From Candidatus Omnitrophota bacterium (lineage in GTDB: Bacteria; Omnitrophota; Gorgyraeia; B26-G9), in assembly GCA_043814605.1 (NCBI GenBank), contig JBDRJV010000047.1, positions 5,077 to 69,076 of the forward strand: a stretch of DNA of 64,000 nucleotides. Reading direction: 5' to 3'. The stretch's first letter is position 1; each line of letters begins with the position of its first letter. Under the pieces are notes generated by a model. The model had not been told where the DNA came from and made no database searches. It saw only the letters and a list, made by a program, of their open reading frames with translations. The position numbers and the translations under genes are program-made. Of the stretch, positions 39,601-48,208 are shown in pieces.

Positions 39601-42600
39601 AAAAGTTACATCCAATACCAAAATCACAGACAGCAATTATTTAACCAGTTATTCTTTTTATGACGGTATGGGTAGATGCATTCAATCCAAATCACCGGCG
39701 GAAAATTCTAATCAGCAGGTTGTCAGCGGCGCGGTTGTCTATGACACCAGAGGGTTAGTTAGCGAAACATATTTTCCGCATTTTGCAGCAGCTTCTGCGA
39801 ATTATTCCACGCCGGATTTAAATCAGCCAAAAACCACATTTAGCTATGATGCAATGGGTAGAGTGATTCAAACTCAAGCTCCGGATGGTACAATTTATTG
39901 TAAAGAATATGACATTAGCAAGATTACGGCAACTATTGAGTATCAAGGAGTAGAATTACAAAAATCAGTTTCCTATTTTGATGCTTACGGCCAGTTGACT
40001 TCTAAAGAAGAACATAATCAGGGTGAAATTTATACCACAACTTATGCTTATGATACATCAGGTAATTTAAAAACTCTTACAGACAGCCAGGGCAATGTTA
40101 CCACAATTAACTATGATACTTTAGGCCGGAAGGTTTCCATGAATGATCCGGATATGGGAACATGGAGTTACAGTTACGATATTTTAGGTAATTTAATTTC
40201 CCAAACCGATGCCAAAAATCAGCAGATAACATTTACTTATGATGAATTAAACCGTTTGTATTTAAAAAATTATGTTTCAGCCGGGCAGACGATAACCTAC
40301 GAATATGACAGTACCAGTAAAGATTATTGCATTGGCAGGCTTTCATCAGTTAACTATCCATCAGGTTCAACAGAATTTTATTATGATAACTTAGGGCGGG
40401 AAATAAAATCCGAGAAAACTGTTTCCGGGACTACCTATACCGTAGAACGCACTTATGATGCTTTAAACCGCTTAGATATTCTGACTTATCCGGACGGAGA
40501 AAAAGTAAAATACAATTATAATCTTTCTGGGGCAATTGAATCTATTGAATATGACCGGGACGGAGACACTACCTTTACAGCCCAAGGCACATATTTAGTT
40601 GATGTGGATTATAATGTTAACGGCCAAATGACTGATGTTACTTTTGGCAATAATGTGTATACAAATTATACTTATGATAGTAATACTTTGCGTTTAAGTA
40701 ATCTGTTAACCAATTCCGGGGCAATCCAGGATTTAAATTATCAATTTGATCATTTAGGTAATGTTACTAATATTACAGGCGTTGCCAATAATAAAACAGT
40801 TAATCAGGCGTTTACATACGACGGTTTAAGCCGGCTGACCGAAGCAAATAGCCCGTCAACCTACGGCACTTATCAATATTATTATGATTCCATTGGAAAT
40901 ATAGATTATAAGGTAGAGAATGCAACTACCACAAATTATACTTACGGAAGTTCCCGTCCGCATGCAGTAACGCAGTTTGGAGATAAGACAATCACTTATG
41001 ATGCTAATGGAAATATGCTTTCCAAAGGTGATTTGAATTTTGATTATGATGATGAGAATAGATTAACCCAAGTTACCATTGATGATCCGTATCCGGTAAC
41101 CGCGGAAAAAACAATCAGCCTTCAAGAGGGGTGGAATTTCATTAGTTTTCCGGTGGAGTTTGCAGATTCAACCATTACAACTGTACTTTCATCAATAGCA
41201 AGTGATTACGATCAGGTATCAAGATATAACAATGCAACAGGTGAGTTTGAGCATTTCGTGAAAAATCCGGACTACAATGATTTTAGCGAATTTGAATATG
41301 GACGGGGGTATCAGATTCATATTACTAATGCCGCTGGTGTAAACCTTGCAGTTAGCGGAACAGTTCCCACTAACCATGAAGAAGTTTTAAATGCTGGGTT
41401 AAACTTAATTGTTAATCCCAAATTAGCTACAGCAACAATAGAAGATGCATTAGCAGATTTAAAAGATCAAGTGCATTATGACACTGTTTACAAATACAAC
41501 ACAACTACAGATGTATTAGAGTCTGTAGATCCAAAGACAACTAATGTAAATGTTGGTGAGAGTTTATTTATAAATATTAAAAACGATGTTACCTGGGTAA
41601 TAAATAAGAAACTTGGTACAACAACTTATACCTATGATGGTGATGGCGGTAGAACAAAGAAGGTAGTTACTGGAGGATTAAGAAATAGTTCAACCGTTTA
41701 TATTGGATCACTATACGAAGAAGAAACTGTTGATGGAAATACTACAACTAAGAATCATATTTACTTTAGAAGGAAAAAATTAACAACAAAACAGGATAAT
41801 GGAACTACGGTTAAAACTTTGTATTTCCATGAAGATCATCTTGGTAGCAGTAATGTAATTACTGATTCTAATGGTCAAGTAGTACAGCATGTTGAATACG
41901 AACCGTTTGGTAAAGTAATTCTTGAAGAAAAAGACGAGGAATTATATACTAATTATAAGTTTACTGGTAAGGAGTGGGACGCATCTGCTGAATTGTATTT
42001 CTACAGTGCCCGCTACTTTGACCCTGATCTTTGTAAATTTATTACGCCGGATAGTATGGTTCCATATCCAGATGATCCGCAAAGTTTTAATCGGTATTCT
42101 TATTGTGACAACAATCCTGTGAATTATGTAGATCCGAGCGGGCATTTTTTCTGGGCTGCTGCATTGATTGGGGCAGCTATAGGAGGAATTACAGCAGCTG
42201 CAACTGGTGGAAATGTTTGGCAAGGGATGTTAGGTGGATTTATTGGTGGTGCTATATTCTGTGGTATTGGAAATATGGGACTTGCTGGCTTAGATAAAAT
42301 TGTTGCACATACTGCTGGAGGAATGATTTCGGGTGGTGTTAATTCTGCAATTAGCGGTGGTGATATTGGAATGGGAATTATTTCTGGTGGACTAAGCGCA
42401 GGTGTTGCTTCGTGGGCAGGTGAATCTTTTGGAGAATTATTTAGTCCGATCGAAGGACAAATTGTGAAAAATGGCATAAGAAGAACTGCTTTAGGTTCAT
42501 TAACTGGAGGTGTAGTTAGCAAAACAATGGGTGGAGATTTCTGGGATGGAGCTAAAAATGGGTTCTTGACTAGTGCTATCGCCTATGCTTGTAATGATGT

Positions 42601-43021
42601 TTATCATTTGTTTAAATCCAATAACGGTGGTACGCCTCATGCAGGTGCTATTGTTGGAAAAGATGGTAAATATACATACCATTCTTTTGGTCCAGACGGA
42701 AAACCGAGACCACTAGGACCGGGCGAGTATACTGAAAAATCTTTTAATTCTTGGGAAGACGCAAAAGCATATGCATTAGAACAAGGTTATGAAGAATTTG
42801 CTAGATATGATACATCAAGCAGTGAAGATGCCGCAGCACGAGCAGCAGCTCGAGGATATAAAGGGACTGAATATAATGTTGGAGCAAATAATTGTCAGCA
42901 TATGGTAAATGATATGTTTTTAAGTGTTCCTAGAATTCCGTTTGTAGGAAGAGGACACCCTAAATTTAGTTTTAATGAACATAAAAGAGCTGGAGTTGCA
43001 GATGAGTACGGTAAATTTTAA
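36611..43021 (+). CDS. RHS/YD-repeat polymorphic toxin (SpvB-like N-terminus, FG-GAP/VCBS-like repeats, YD repeats, RHS core, C-terminal LRAT/NlpC-P60-like domain)
   Basis: Signal peptide. SpvB-type motif FRGNASYSVPI. Repeated GDFNGDGxxDI FG-GAP-like units. Many YD repeats. RHS core ending ...YCDNNPVNYVDPSGH. The tail contains a Gly-rich hydrophobic stretch followed by HAG...NNCQHMV. Confidence 0.85.
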   Translation: MKKILFKSMSAVLAVTCFLSFTFNGLTIAKAGESSASIAASGAITPGGATSINFSMNSFQTDLFRGNASYSVPIAVPGGRKGISPQLGLSYSSQPANSWCGVGWSLELGAITRSMKNGYPKYDSTDIFSYNGAELVNTTGNEYRLKTDNAFMRFFNNGSTWEVLDTKGTKYNFTSTITTPLGIYQWSLTRVTDLSGNYMSVTYITDQNQVYPQQIQYTGNDNTSAVPYYTVDFVLENRTDTITQNLIMPIANTSGPATIFKTVTAKRLKTIEVKYSGSLIRKYILNYHDSAVTKRSMLESITLYGEDGITALNPITFTYDETVPSINASTGVNLNTVQGSPLMGDFNGDGINDICVALYEDFGVYLGNADGTFQSRSIWGHYPGSDAGASFFSTGDFNGDGYTDIFNLLAWGNGWENYGLIVYLSDNGTGFKNEAYWYRDTRSFSTQRQPLVFSTDVNKDGKTDILVLDKYSGIYNPPQSNVPDIKGKFYVANDNANGFNISDLESNLFVGEYGNFMTTIGDVNGDGELDMVFGCHGANLVKVALYPDYISGNIISPYVWLSGHLIDSNIITTDVNYDGKSDFLRFYSPQGNWDCFLSNGANFESNYQTWCSSFGGTRCPIAGNFGTSSVTVPGTFYNNTHNGTAEWQIAQATSANARADYLLSVDNGVSGSLDINYTQYQEDTLPFIHYVVESITQNDGRGNSYTSRYEYSGAQYDRQDREFRGFNCVKVLDADGNYSLNYFHQDDILKGKTYLSETRDAAGNLYAKSENIWASTQPFTGVYNIFVTQQNNYSYETQATPKHTRMNYDYDSYGNCTYVGCEGYLDISGDEKTVHTQYYAPAANITCLPSHTWTQNSSGYKTSEQWFEYDGGTSLSHGLLTKQTSWLEGGTNPDVEYTYDDYGQVIEVKDALSRTTTTEYDSAQHLFPIKITNAKAQEITSTYNPKTQQVLTITDANNQTTTNQYDVFGRLIKVIGPNDTAAYPSASYSYDLNANPIKVTSNTKITDSNYLTSYSFYDGMGRCIQSKSPAENSNQQVVSGAVVYDTRGLVSETYFPHFAAASANYSTPDLNQPKTTFSYDAMGRVIQTQAPDGTIYCKEYDISKITATIEYQGVELQKSVSYFDAYGQLTSKEEHNQGEIYTTTYAYDTSGNLKTLTDSQGNVTTINYDTLGRKVSMNDPDMGTWSYSYDILGNLISQTDAKNQQITFTYDELNRLYLKNYVSAGQTITYEYDSTSKDYCIGRLSSVNYPSGSTEFYYDNLGREIKSEKTVSGTTYTVERTYDALNRLDILTYPDGEKVKYNYNLSGAIESIEYDRDGDTTFTAQGTYLVDVDYNVNGQMTDVTFGNNVYTNYTYDSNTLRLSNLLTNSGAIQDLNYQFDHLGNVTNITGVANNKTVNQAFTYDGLSRLTEANSPSTYGTYQYYYDSIGNIDYKVENATTTNYTYGSSRPHAVTQFGDKTITYDANGNMLSKGDLNFDYDDENRLTQVTIDDPYPVTAEKTISLQEGWNFISFPVEFADSTITTVLSSIASDYDQVSRYNNATGEFEHFVKNPDYNDFSEFEYGRGYQIHITNAAGVNLAVSGTVPTNHEEVLNAGLNLIVNPKLATATIEDALADLKDQVHYDTVYKYNTTTDVLESVDPKTTNVNVGESLFINIKNDVTWVINKKLGTTTYTYDGDGGRTKKVVTGGLRNSSTVYIGSLYEEETVDGNTTTKNHIYFRRKKLTTKQDNGTTVKTLYFHEDHLGSSNVITDSNGQVVQHVEYEPFGKVILEEKDEELYTNYKFTGKEWDASAELYFYSARYFDPDLCKFITPDSMVPYPDDPQSFNRYSYCDNNPVNYVDPSGHFFWAAALIGAAIGGITAAATGGNVWQGMLGGFIGGAIFCGIGNMGLAGLDKIVAHTAGGMISGGVNSAISGGDIGMGIISGGLSAGVASWAGESFGELFSPIEGQIVKNGIRRTALGSLTGGVVSKTMGGDFWDGAKNGFLTSAIAYACNDVYHLFKSNNGGTPHAGAIVGKDGKYTYHSFGPDGKPRPLGPGEYTEKSFNSWEDAKAYALEQGYEEFARYDTSSSEDAAARAAARGYKGTEYNVGANNCQHMVNDMFLSVPRIPFVGRGHPKFSFNEHKRAGVADEYGKF

Positions 43022-43571
43022 AGGGGTTTTGAGTTTAGGGGAATATAACATGTTAAAAATAATTGGAGGTATAATCGGTATCTTCATTATTGCATCTTCA
43101 GGGCTGGCTGGCAATGATTGGAGTATTAATTTTTATGATGAAGCGCAAAAATTAATTCAAGAATTTCATGAAAAAGAATACGAGCAACTATTAAAACTTG
43201 ATCCTAAAACGAAAGATTTTATAGAAATAGATGCTTCTTTTAATGCGGTTGTAAGCAAGCTAAATCGTAGAGCATTTGTATTAAAGATAAATGATTCTTC
43301 TGTCAAAATTGACTGGTCAGATTATTGGGAATGGGCTTTTTGGACAGTATCAAAAGAAGAACAAGAAGAGTTAATTAGGAAGGATTCAGAATATAAAGAA
43401 ATCTATAATGAGTATCTTCGGTTAAAAGAAATCAAGAAACAATCTGTAAATGAAACAAAAATTAGAAATCAGCTTTATAAAGATAATTCGGAAACGTTTT
43501 ATTATATAGAAGAAGAGTTTGCTAACAAATTAAAACTGTTGCAAAAAAAAGTAGATAAAAAAAGACAGTAA
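43002..43571 (+). CDS. candidate cognate immunity protein of the RHS toxin (signal/TM-anchored)
   Basis: Starts within the last 20 nt of the RHS gene with a GGAG RBS. An alternative ATG is at 43050. N-terminal hydrophobic helix. No recognisable domain. Confidence 0.45.
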   Translation: MSTVNFKGVLSLGEYNMLKIIGGIIGIFIIASSGLAGNDWSINFYDEAQKLIQEFHEKEYEQLLKLDPKTKDFIEIDASFNAVVSKLNRRAFVLKINDSSVKIDWSDYWEWAFWTVSKEEQEELIRKDSEYKEIYNEYLRLKEIKKQSVNETKIRNQLYKDNSETFYYIEEEFANKLKLLQKKVDKKRQ

Positions 43572-43580
43572 TAGTAATAG

Positions 43581-44651
43581 GGGACGTAGTTAGATAATTA
43601 GATATTGACAGGAATAAAAAGTAATGATAGAATGAGTATATGCCAAGGCAAGGAAGAATACATATAGAAGGCGGTATATACCACGTTATTCAGCGGGGGA
43701 TAGAGCGGCGAGAGATATTTAAAGATGATGAAGACCGGGAGGAATTTTTAAAGCGGCTTGAAGAAGGATTAAGATATACAAGAGATAAATGTTATGGTTG
43801 GGTGTTGATGCCCAACCATTTTCATTTAGTGATCAGAACAAGTTTGATGCCATTGAGTGATTTGATGAGAAGATTACTTACCGGATATGCGCTATATTTC
43901 AATAAAAGGCATAAGCGAAGCGGATATTTGTATCAGGGAAGGTATAAATCGATCTTATGTCAAGAAGACGCATATTTGTTGGAGTTAATAAGATATGTGC
44001 ATTTAAATCCGCTGCGAGCAGGGATGGTAAAAGAAGTAAGTGGGTTAAGGGGATATAAATGGAGCGGGCATGTAGAATTGGTAGGATCAAATAAATGGGA
44101 GTGGCAATCTACAGAAGATATCTGGGGTTTATTTGGAAAAAGAAAAAATAAAGCAATAAAGAGCTATGAGGAATTTATTATAGAAGGGGTAGGAAACGTA
44201 AGAAAGGGAGAATTTTCCGGAGGGGGTTTAATCCGGAGTATTGGAGGCTGGAAAGAGGCAGAAAAATTCCGAAGGGAAAAATGGCTGCAGGAAGCAGATG
44301 AGCGGATATTAGGAGATGGAGATTTTGTTAGCCAAACATTGCAAGAAGCCGAAGAAAAAATGGAACGCCGGGAAAAACTTAAACAAGATGGTTGGGATAT
44401 TGAAAGGGTAATTCAAAAGGTATGCAAATTGATGGATGTTTCTTCAGGGGAAATAAAACGTGAGAGCCGCAGGAGCAGGGTGGCGCAGGCAAAGAGTGTG
44501 GCCGTATATTTAGCAAATAAGGAATTGGGGATAAGAGGATCTGAGCTTGCTGAGTATTTTGAAATAACGCGAGCTTCGATAAGCGCCTCGATACAAAGGG
44601 GGAAAAAGATTGTCGAAGATAATGAATATCTAATTATCTAACTACGTCCCT
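43581..44651 (+). mobile_element. 1.07-kb element bounded by perfect 24-bp terminal inverted repeats (GGGACGTAGTTAGATAATTAGATA) carrying the Y1 transposase gene
   Basis: Left IR at 43581-43604, right IR at 44628-44651 (reverse complement identical). The right IR overlaps the stop of the transposase ORF. Confidence 0.6.
43640..44641 (+). CDS. IS200-like Y1 (HUH) transposase, RAYT-like, with C-terminal DnaA_C-like HTH
   Basis: HFHLVIRT HUH motif. GRYKSIL Tyr region. C-terminal VAQAKSVAVYLANKELGIRGSELAEYF resembles the DnaA C-terminal domain. Confidence 0.7.
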   Translation: MPRQGRIHIEGGIYHVIQRGIERREIFKDDEDREEFLKRLEEGLRYTRDKCYGWVLMPNHFHLVIRTSLMPLSDLMRRLLTGYALYFNKRHKRSGYLYQGRYKSILCQEDAYLLELIRYVHLNPLRAGMVKEVSGLRGYKWSGHVELVGSNKWEWQSTEDIWGLFGKRKNKAIKSYEEFIIEGVGNVRKGEFSGGGLIRSIGGWKEAEKFRREKWLQEADERILGDGDFVSQTLQEAEEKMERREKLKQDGWDIERVIQKVCKLMDVSSGEIKRESRRSRVAQAKSVAVYLANKELGIRGSELAEYFEITRASISASIQRGKKIVEDNEYLII

Positions 44652-44739
44652 AATTATATATACAGGCGGTAAGCTTCAGTTTTTTTAACTTGCAGTTTAT
44701 ATTTTTTTTCATTACACAATAAAATACAGAAAGGTTTTT

Positions 44740-45543
44740 ATGAAAAAAATCGTGTGTTCAGTTATAGCAGTAGGCTTTGTTTTAATAACAGCTAATGTTT
44801 ACGCCGCAAGTATCGGCGGGTCGTGGGATATTGTTGAACAAGGGAAATTTGGCATAAGCATGGTTGGTGATTATATTTCAGAAAAGGAATTTGATGTACC
44901 CAGCTATTCCGGCCCGGGCACTGCATTAACCGAACTAAAATTTAAAAATTGCCGTGACTTTGGAGTAAAATTAAGCTACGGCGTTCTAGAAAATTTGAAC
45001 ATCTATTTAAAAGGCGGGTTTTCAGAAAAAGAAATAAAAACAACTTGGGCAGACGCAAGTAAAACAGATTTGGAAGTTAATAATGGGACTTTTTTCGGGA
45101 TAGGAGGCAAGTATGCCTATTGGTTTGACCAGGATTATTTGGTGGCCATAGATGCCCAATACATACAGCATCCGGATAAGTCTGTAGATACAGTCAGGGA
45201 AAATGGAATAACCGCATCTGCAATTACAAGTGCCGGGGATATAAAATATTATGAGTTTAAAGCAGCATTTATTTTTGGTAAAAATTTTGAATTAAGTCCG
45301 GATTTAAATTTACTGCCATACTTAGGGCTTTCTTATGATAAATTTAATTTAAGAACAGATACGATAAATTATTCAGTCAGCGGAAACGGGTATACCTTAT
45401 CACCTATGGATTTGGATGAGGAAAAGAATTTAGGTTTTATCCTGGGTTCGGATTTGAAAATCAGTGAAAATGTTAAATTTAATGTTGAAGGAAGATTCAG
45501 TTCAGAAACTGCGTTTTCCGGAAATATTATCCTGATGTTCTAA
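44740..45543 (+). CDS. outer-membrane beta-barrel protein (OmpA/OmpW-like barrel)
   Basis: Signal peptide. Alternating amphipathic beta-strands. C-terminal aromatic residue (..IILMF). Confidence 0.65.
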   Translation: MKKIVCSVIAVGFVLITANVYAASIGGSWDIVEQGKFGISMVGDYISEKEFDVPSYSGPGTALTELKFKNCRDFGVKLSYGVLENLNIYLKGGFSEKEIKTTWADASKTDLEVNNGTFFGIGGKYAYWFDQDYLVAIDAQYIQHPDKSVDTVRENGITASAITSAGDIKYYEFKAAFIFGKNFELSPDLNLLPYLGLSYDKFNLRTDTINYSVSGNGYTLSPMDLDEEKNLGFILGSDLKISENVKFNVEGRFSSETAFSGNIILMF

Positions 45544-45757
45544 TTCAGGCCTCAAGTCGCAAGCAACAAGTAACAAGTAAAAAAGCTAATAAGAACAAAA
45601 ACCAAGGTTTAATTTTTTAAGTCTTGAGCTTGTAACTTGCGGCTTGGAGATTGTAGCTTATAACCTGCAACCCAAAACTTGCCACTTTTAACTCAATTCT
45701 ATATTGTAAAATCAGCGTTTTTATGCTACTATATCAGCTCTGGAGATATTCTCTTAT

Positions 45758-46879
45758 ATGAAAAAAATATTGTTGTTATATATATCTAATAATTCAGGCC
45801 ATCACCGGGCAACCAAAGCCATAGAAGAAGCTCTGTATTTGGCTTCGAATGAGGTTAAAGTGATAAACTTGAATTGCTTTAATTATACTAATCCTGTATT
45901 GGAAAAAGTGATTAATAGTATATATAACAAGGTAATTAAAGTAAAACCGGAAGTATGGGAATACCTTTACGATAATCCCAAAGTTGTGCGCCGAACTCAA
46001 AAACTGCGTAAACTTATCCATAAACTTAATTCTAAAAAATTAAAAAAATTGATTTTTAACTTCCAGCCGGATGCGGTGGTCTGTTCACAGGCTTTTCCCT
46101 GCGGCATGGTGGCTGATTTTAAAAAAACTTATGACCAGAAATACAGCTTAATCGGCGTGCTTACGGATTATGCGCCGCATTCTTACTGGATGTACGATAA
46201 TGTAGATGCGTATATTGTGCCTAGCCAACAGACAAAAACCAGATTTGTTAATAACGGAATAGATAAAAAGAAACTTTTTCCTTTTGGTATACCGATCAGC
46301 CAGAAATTTTCCCAAAAATCAAACTATAAAGAAGCATTAGAGATTTTAAAATTAGATGAAGGAATTCCTACAATCTTAATCATGGGTGGAGGCCAGGGCC
46401 TCGGGCCGATCGAAGATTTGGTGTATGCAATCAATACAATCGAAAAACAATTTCAGGTGATTATTGTTTGCGGTACTAACAAGAAATTGAAAAAATGGCT
46501 GGAAAAAAGAAGGTTGCTTTTCAGAAAGAAAATGGCTATTCTGGGCTATACTAAAGAGGTAGAAATGCTTATGGATGTTGCGGATTTAATCGTGACAAAA
46601 CCCGGCGGGTTAACCACAGCCGAAGCACTAACCAAAAATTTACCGATTGTAATTGTTAATCCTATCCCCGGGCAGGAAGCAAAGAATACAGAATTTTTAT
46701 TAAAAGAAGGGGTGGCGGTAAAAGCAAAAAATCCTTTAGATGCTGCAGTACAGATCGAAGAATTACTGGGTAATCCTGAACAGTTAAAAAGGATGAAAGC
46801 TGCGGCAAAAAAACATGCACAGCCGAATTCAGCTAAGAACATCGCTGAGCTTGTGCTTAAATTAATTAAACAAGAGTAA
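45758..46879 (+). CDS. diacylglycerol glycosyltransferase (MGDG-synthase/UgtP-like, GT28 family)
   Basis: N-terminal LLLYISNNSGHHRATKA resembles the UgtP/MGDG_synth N-domain. C-terminal GT28 fold (GGGQGLG...VTKPGG.T..E). Confidence 0.7.
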   Translation: MKKILLLYISNNSGHHRATKAIEEALYLASNEVKVINLNCFNYTNPVLEKVINSIYNKVIKVKPEVWEYLYDNPKVVRRTQKLRKLIHKLNSKKLKKLIFNFQPDAVVCSQAFPCGMVADFKKTYDQKYSLIGVLTDYAPHSYWMYDNVDAYIVPSQQTKTRFVNNGIDKKKLFPFGIPISQKFSQKSNYKEALEILKLDEGIPTILIMGGGQGLGPIEDLVYAINTIEKQFQVIIVCGTNKKLKKWLEKRRLLFRKKMAILGYTKEVEMLMDVADLIVTKPGGLTTAEALTKNLPIVIVNPIPGQEAKNTEFLLKEGVAVKAKNPLDAAVQIEELLGNPEQLKRMKAAAKKHAQPNSAKNIAELVLKLIKQE

Positions 46880-46884
46880 AATCA

Positions 46885-47766
46885 ATGGTAATGTTTTTCT
46901 TGTATTCAATCGGTCAGTGGCTGGCTTTATCATTACCGCTTTCCTTAGCCTATCGTGTCGGGGCATGGTTCACTTTTTTTAAATATGTATTTTCCCCCGG
47001 GGAACGCCGGGCGATGCGCAATAATCTAAAAGTTATCTTAGGGGAAAATCATCCGGGAGTTAAAAAATACCCCAAACAAATCTATGCAAATTTTGGCAAG
47101 TATTTGGTGAATTTTTTCCGTACAGAAGAAGTTGATAAACAATTTATTGAAAAATATATCCGGATTAAAAATAAGCAAAATATGGAAGAAGCTCTGAGTA
47201 AAGGCAAAGGAGCTATCGGACTGACTGCGCATATTGGCAATTGGGAACTTTGTGCGCAGGTTATGGGAATTCTCGGATATAAAATGAATGCTGTGGCGCT
47301 TAGCCATAATAATAAAAAAATCGATGATTTTTTTGTGCAGCAAAGGCAAAGAAAAGGGATTAATGTTATTCCTGTGGGGATTAGCGTAAGAAAATGTTTT
47401 TCTGCTTTAAAAAATAATGAAATTGTCGGGATTTTAGGAGACCGGGATTTTTCTGGTGAAAACGGCATATTTGTTAATTTTTTGGGCAAAGAATTATTTG
47501 CACCCTTAGGAGCAGCGGTGTTGAGTTTAAGAACCGGGGCGGCAATTGTGCCGGCTTTTGTCATCCGGGATGAAAAAGATGACCGCTATTTTGATTATAT
47601 ATTTGAAAAACCAATCTATCCTGAGAAAACCGGTAATGAAAAACAAGAAGTAAGAACCTTGACCCAAAAATATGTGGATGTTATTGCCAAATATGTAAAA
47701 AAATATCCCACGCAGTGGTTTGTGTTTCATGAATTCTGGAAAGCGACAAAAAGTGAAATAGTCTAA
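46885..47766 (+). CDS. lysophospholipid / lipid A-type acyltransferase (LpxL/HtrB family)
   Basis: The HIGNWE acyltransferase motif and size are typical of the family. 5 nt after the upstream GT. Confidence 0.7.
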   Translation: MVMFFLYSIGQWLALSLPLSLAYRVGAWFTFFKYVFSPGERRAMRNNLKVILGENHPGVKKYPKQIYANFGKYLVNFFRTEEVDKQFIEKYIRIKNKQNMEEALSKGKGAIGLTAHIGNWELCAQVMGILGYKMNAVALSHNNKKIDDFFVQQRQRKGINVIPVGISVRKCFSALKNNEIVGILGDRDFSGENGIFVNFLGKELFAPLGAAVLSLRTGAAIVPAFVIRDEKDDRYFDYIFEKPIYPEKTGNEKQEVRTLTQKYVDVIAKYVKKYPTQWFVFHEFWKATKSEIV

Positions 47767-48114
47767 AATGTTCAGAGAACATTTTAGACTAAAGACAACA
47801 GACTATAGACCAAAGACCAAAATTTTGAAAAACTTTTATTCTTGTACGATTGTAAATTGGTGTTAACGGAATAAAGTGATTAGCTGATTATTGGGAATCG
47901 AATAAAAACGCACTTTGTAAAATTATGTTTATTTTCTAATAATTTATGCCTGAAGACTTCGCCGCCAAAAAACCATCCCTGGTTTACGGCGTTTCGACGT
48001 CCTGTCTTCATCTTCATACATAAATTAAAGAAAATTACACATAATTTTTCCATAATTGCTTTTTTTATTTGATTCCCCGATAATTAAGATTATAAATAAT
48101 AGTTTTTTGTTTTT

Positions 48115-48176
48115 AACTTGTGACTTGTTGAGAACATTAATTTAATTTTTAGCGAAATCCCGCTGAGACGGGGAAA
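48115..48176 (+). repeat. REP-like element, copy 6, variant hairpin CCCGCTGAGACGGGG
   Basis: cttgtgacttgttgagaacattaatttaatttttagcgaaatcccgctgagacgggg. Same variant as copy 4. Confidence 0.75.
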
Positions 48177-48208
48177 CTTGGGGCTTGCAGCTATTCAAAA
48201 ATAAATAT

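Noticed and set aside
10353-48176. Possibility that the recurring ~60-bp repeats form a CRISPR array
   Set aside because: The copies are tens of kb apart, in both orientations, with no regular spacer periodicity and no cas genes. They behave as dispersed REP-like elements.
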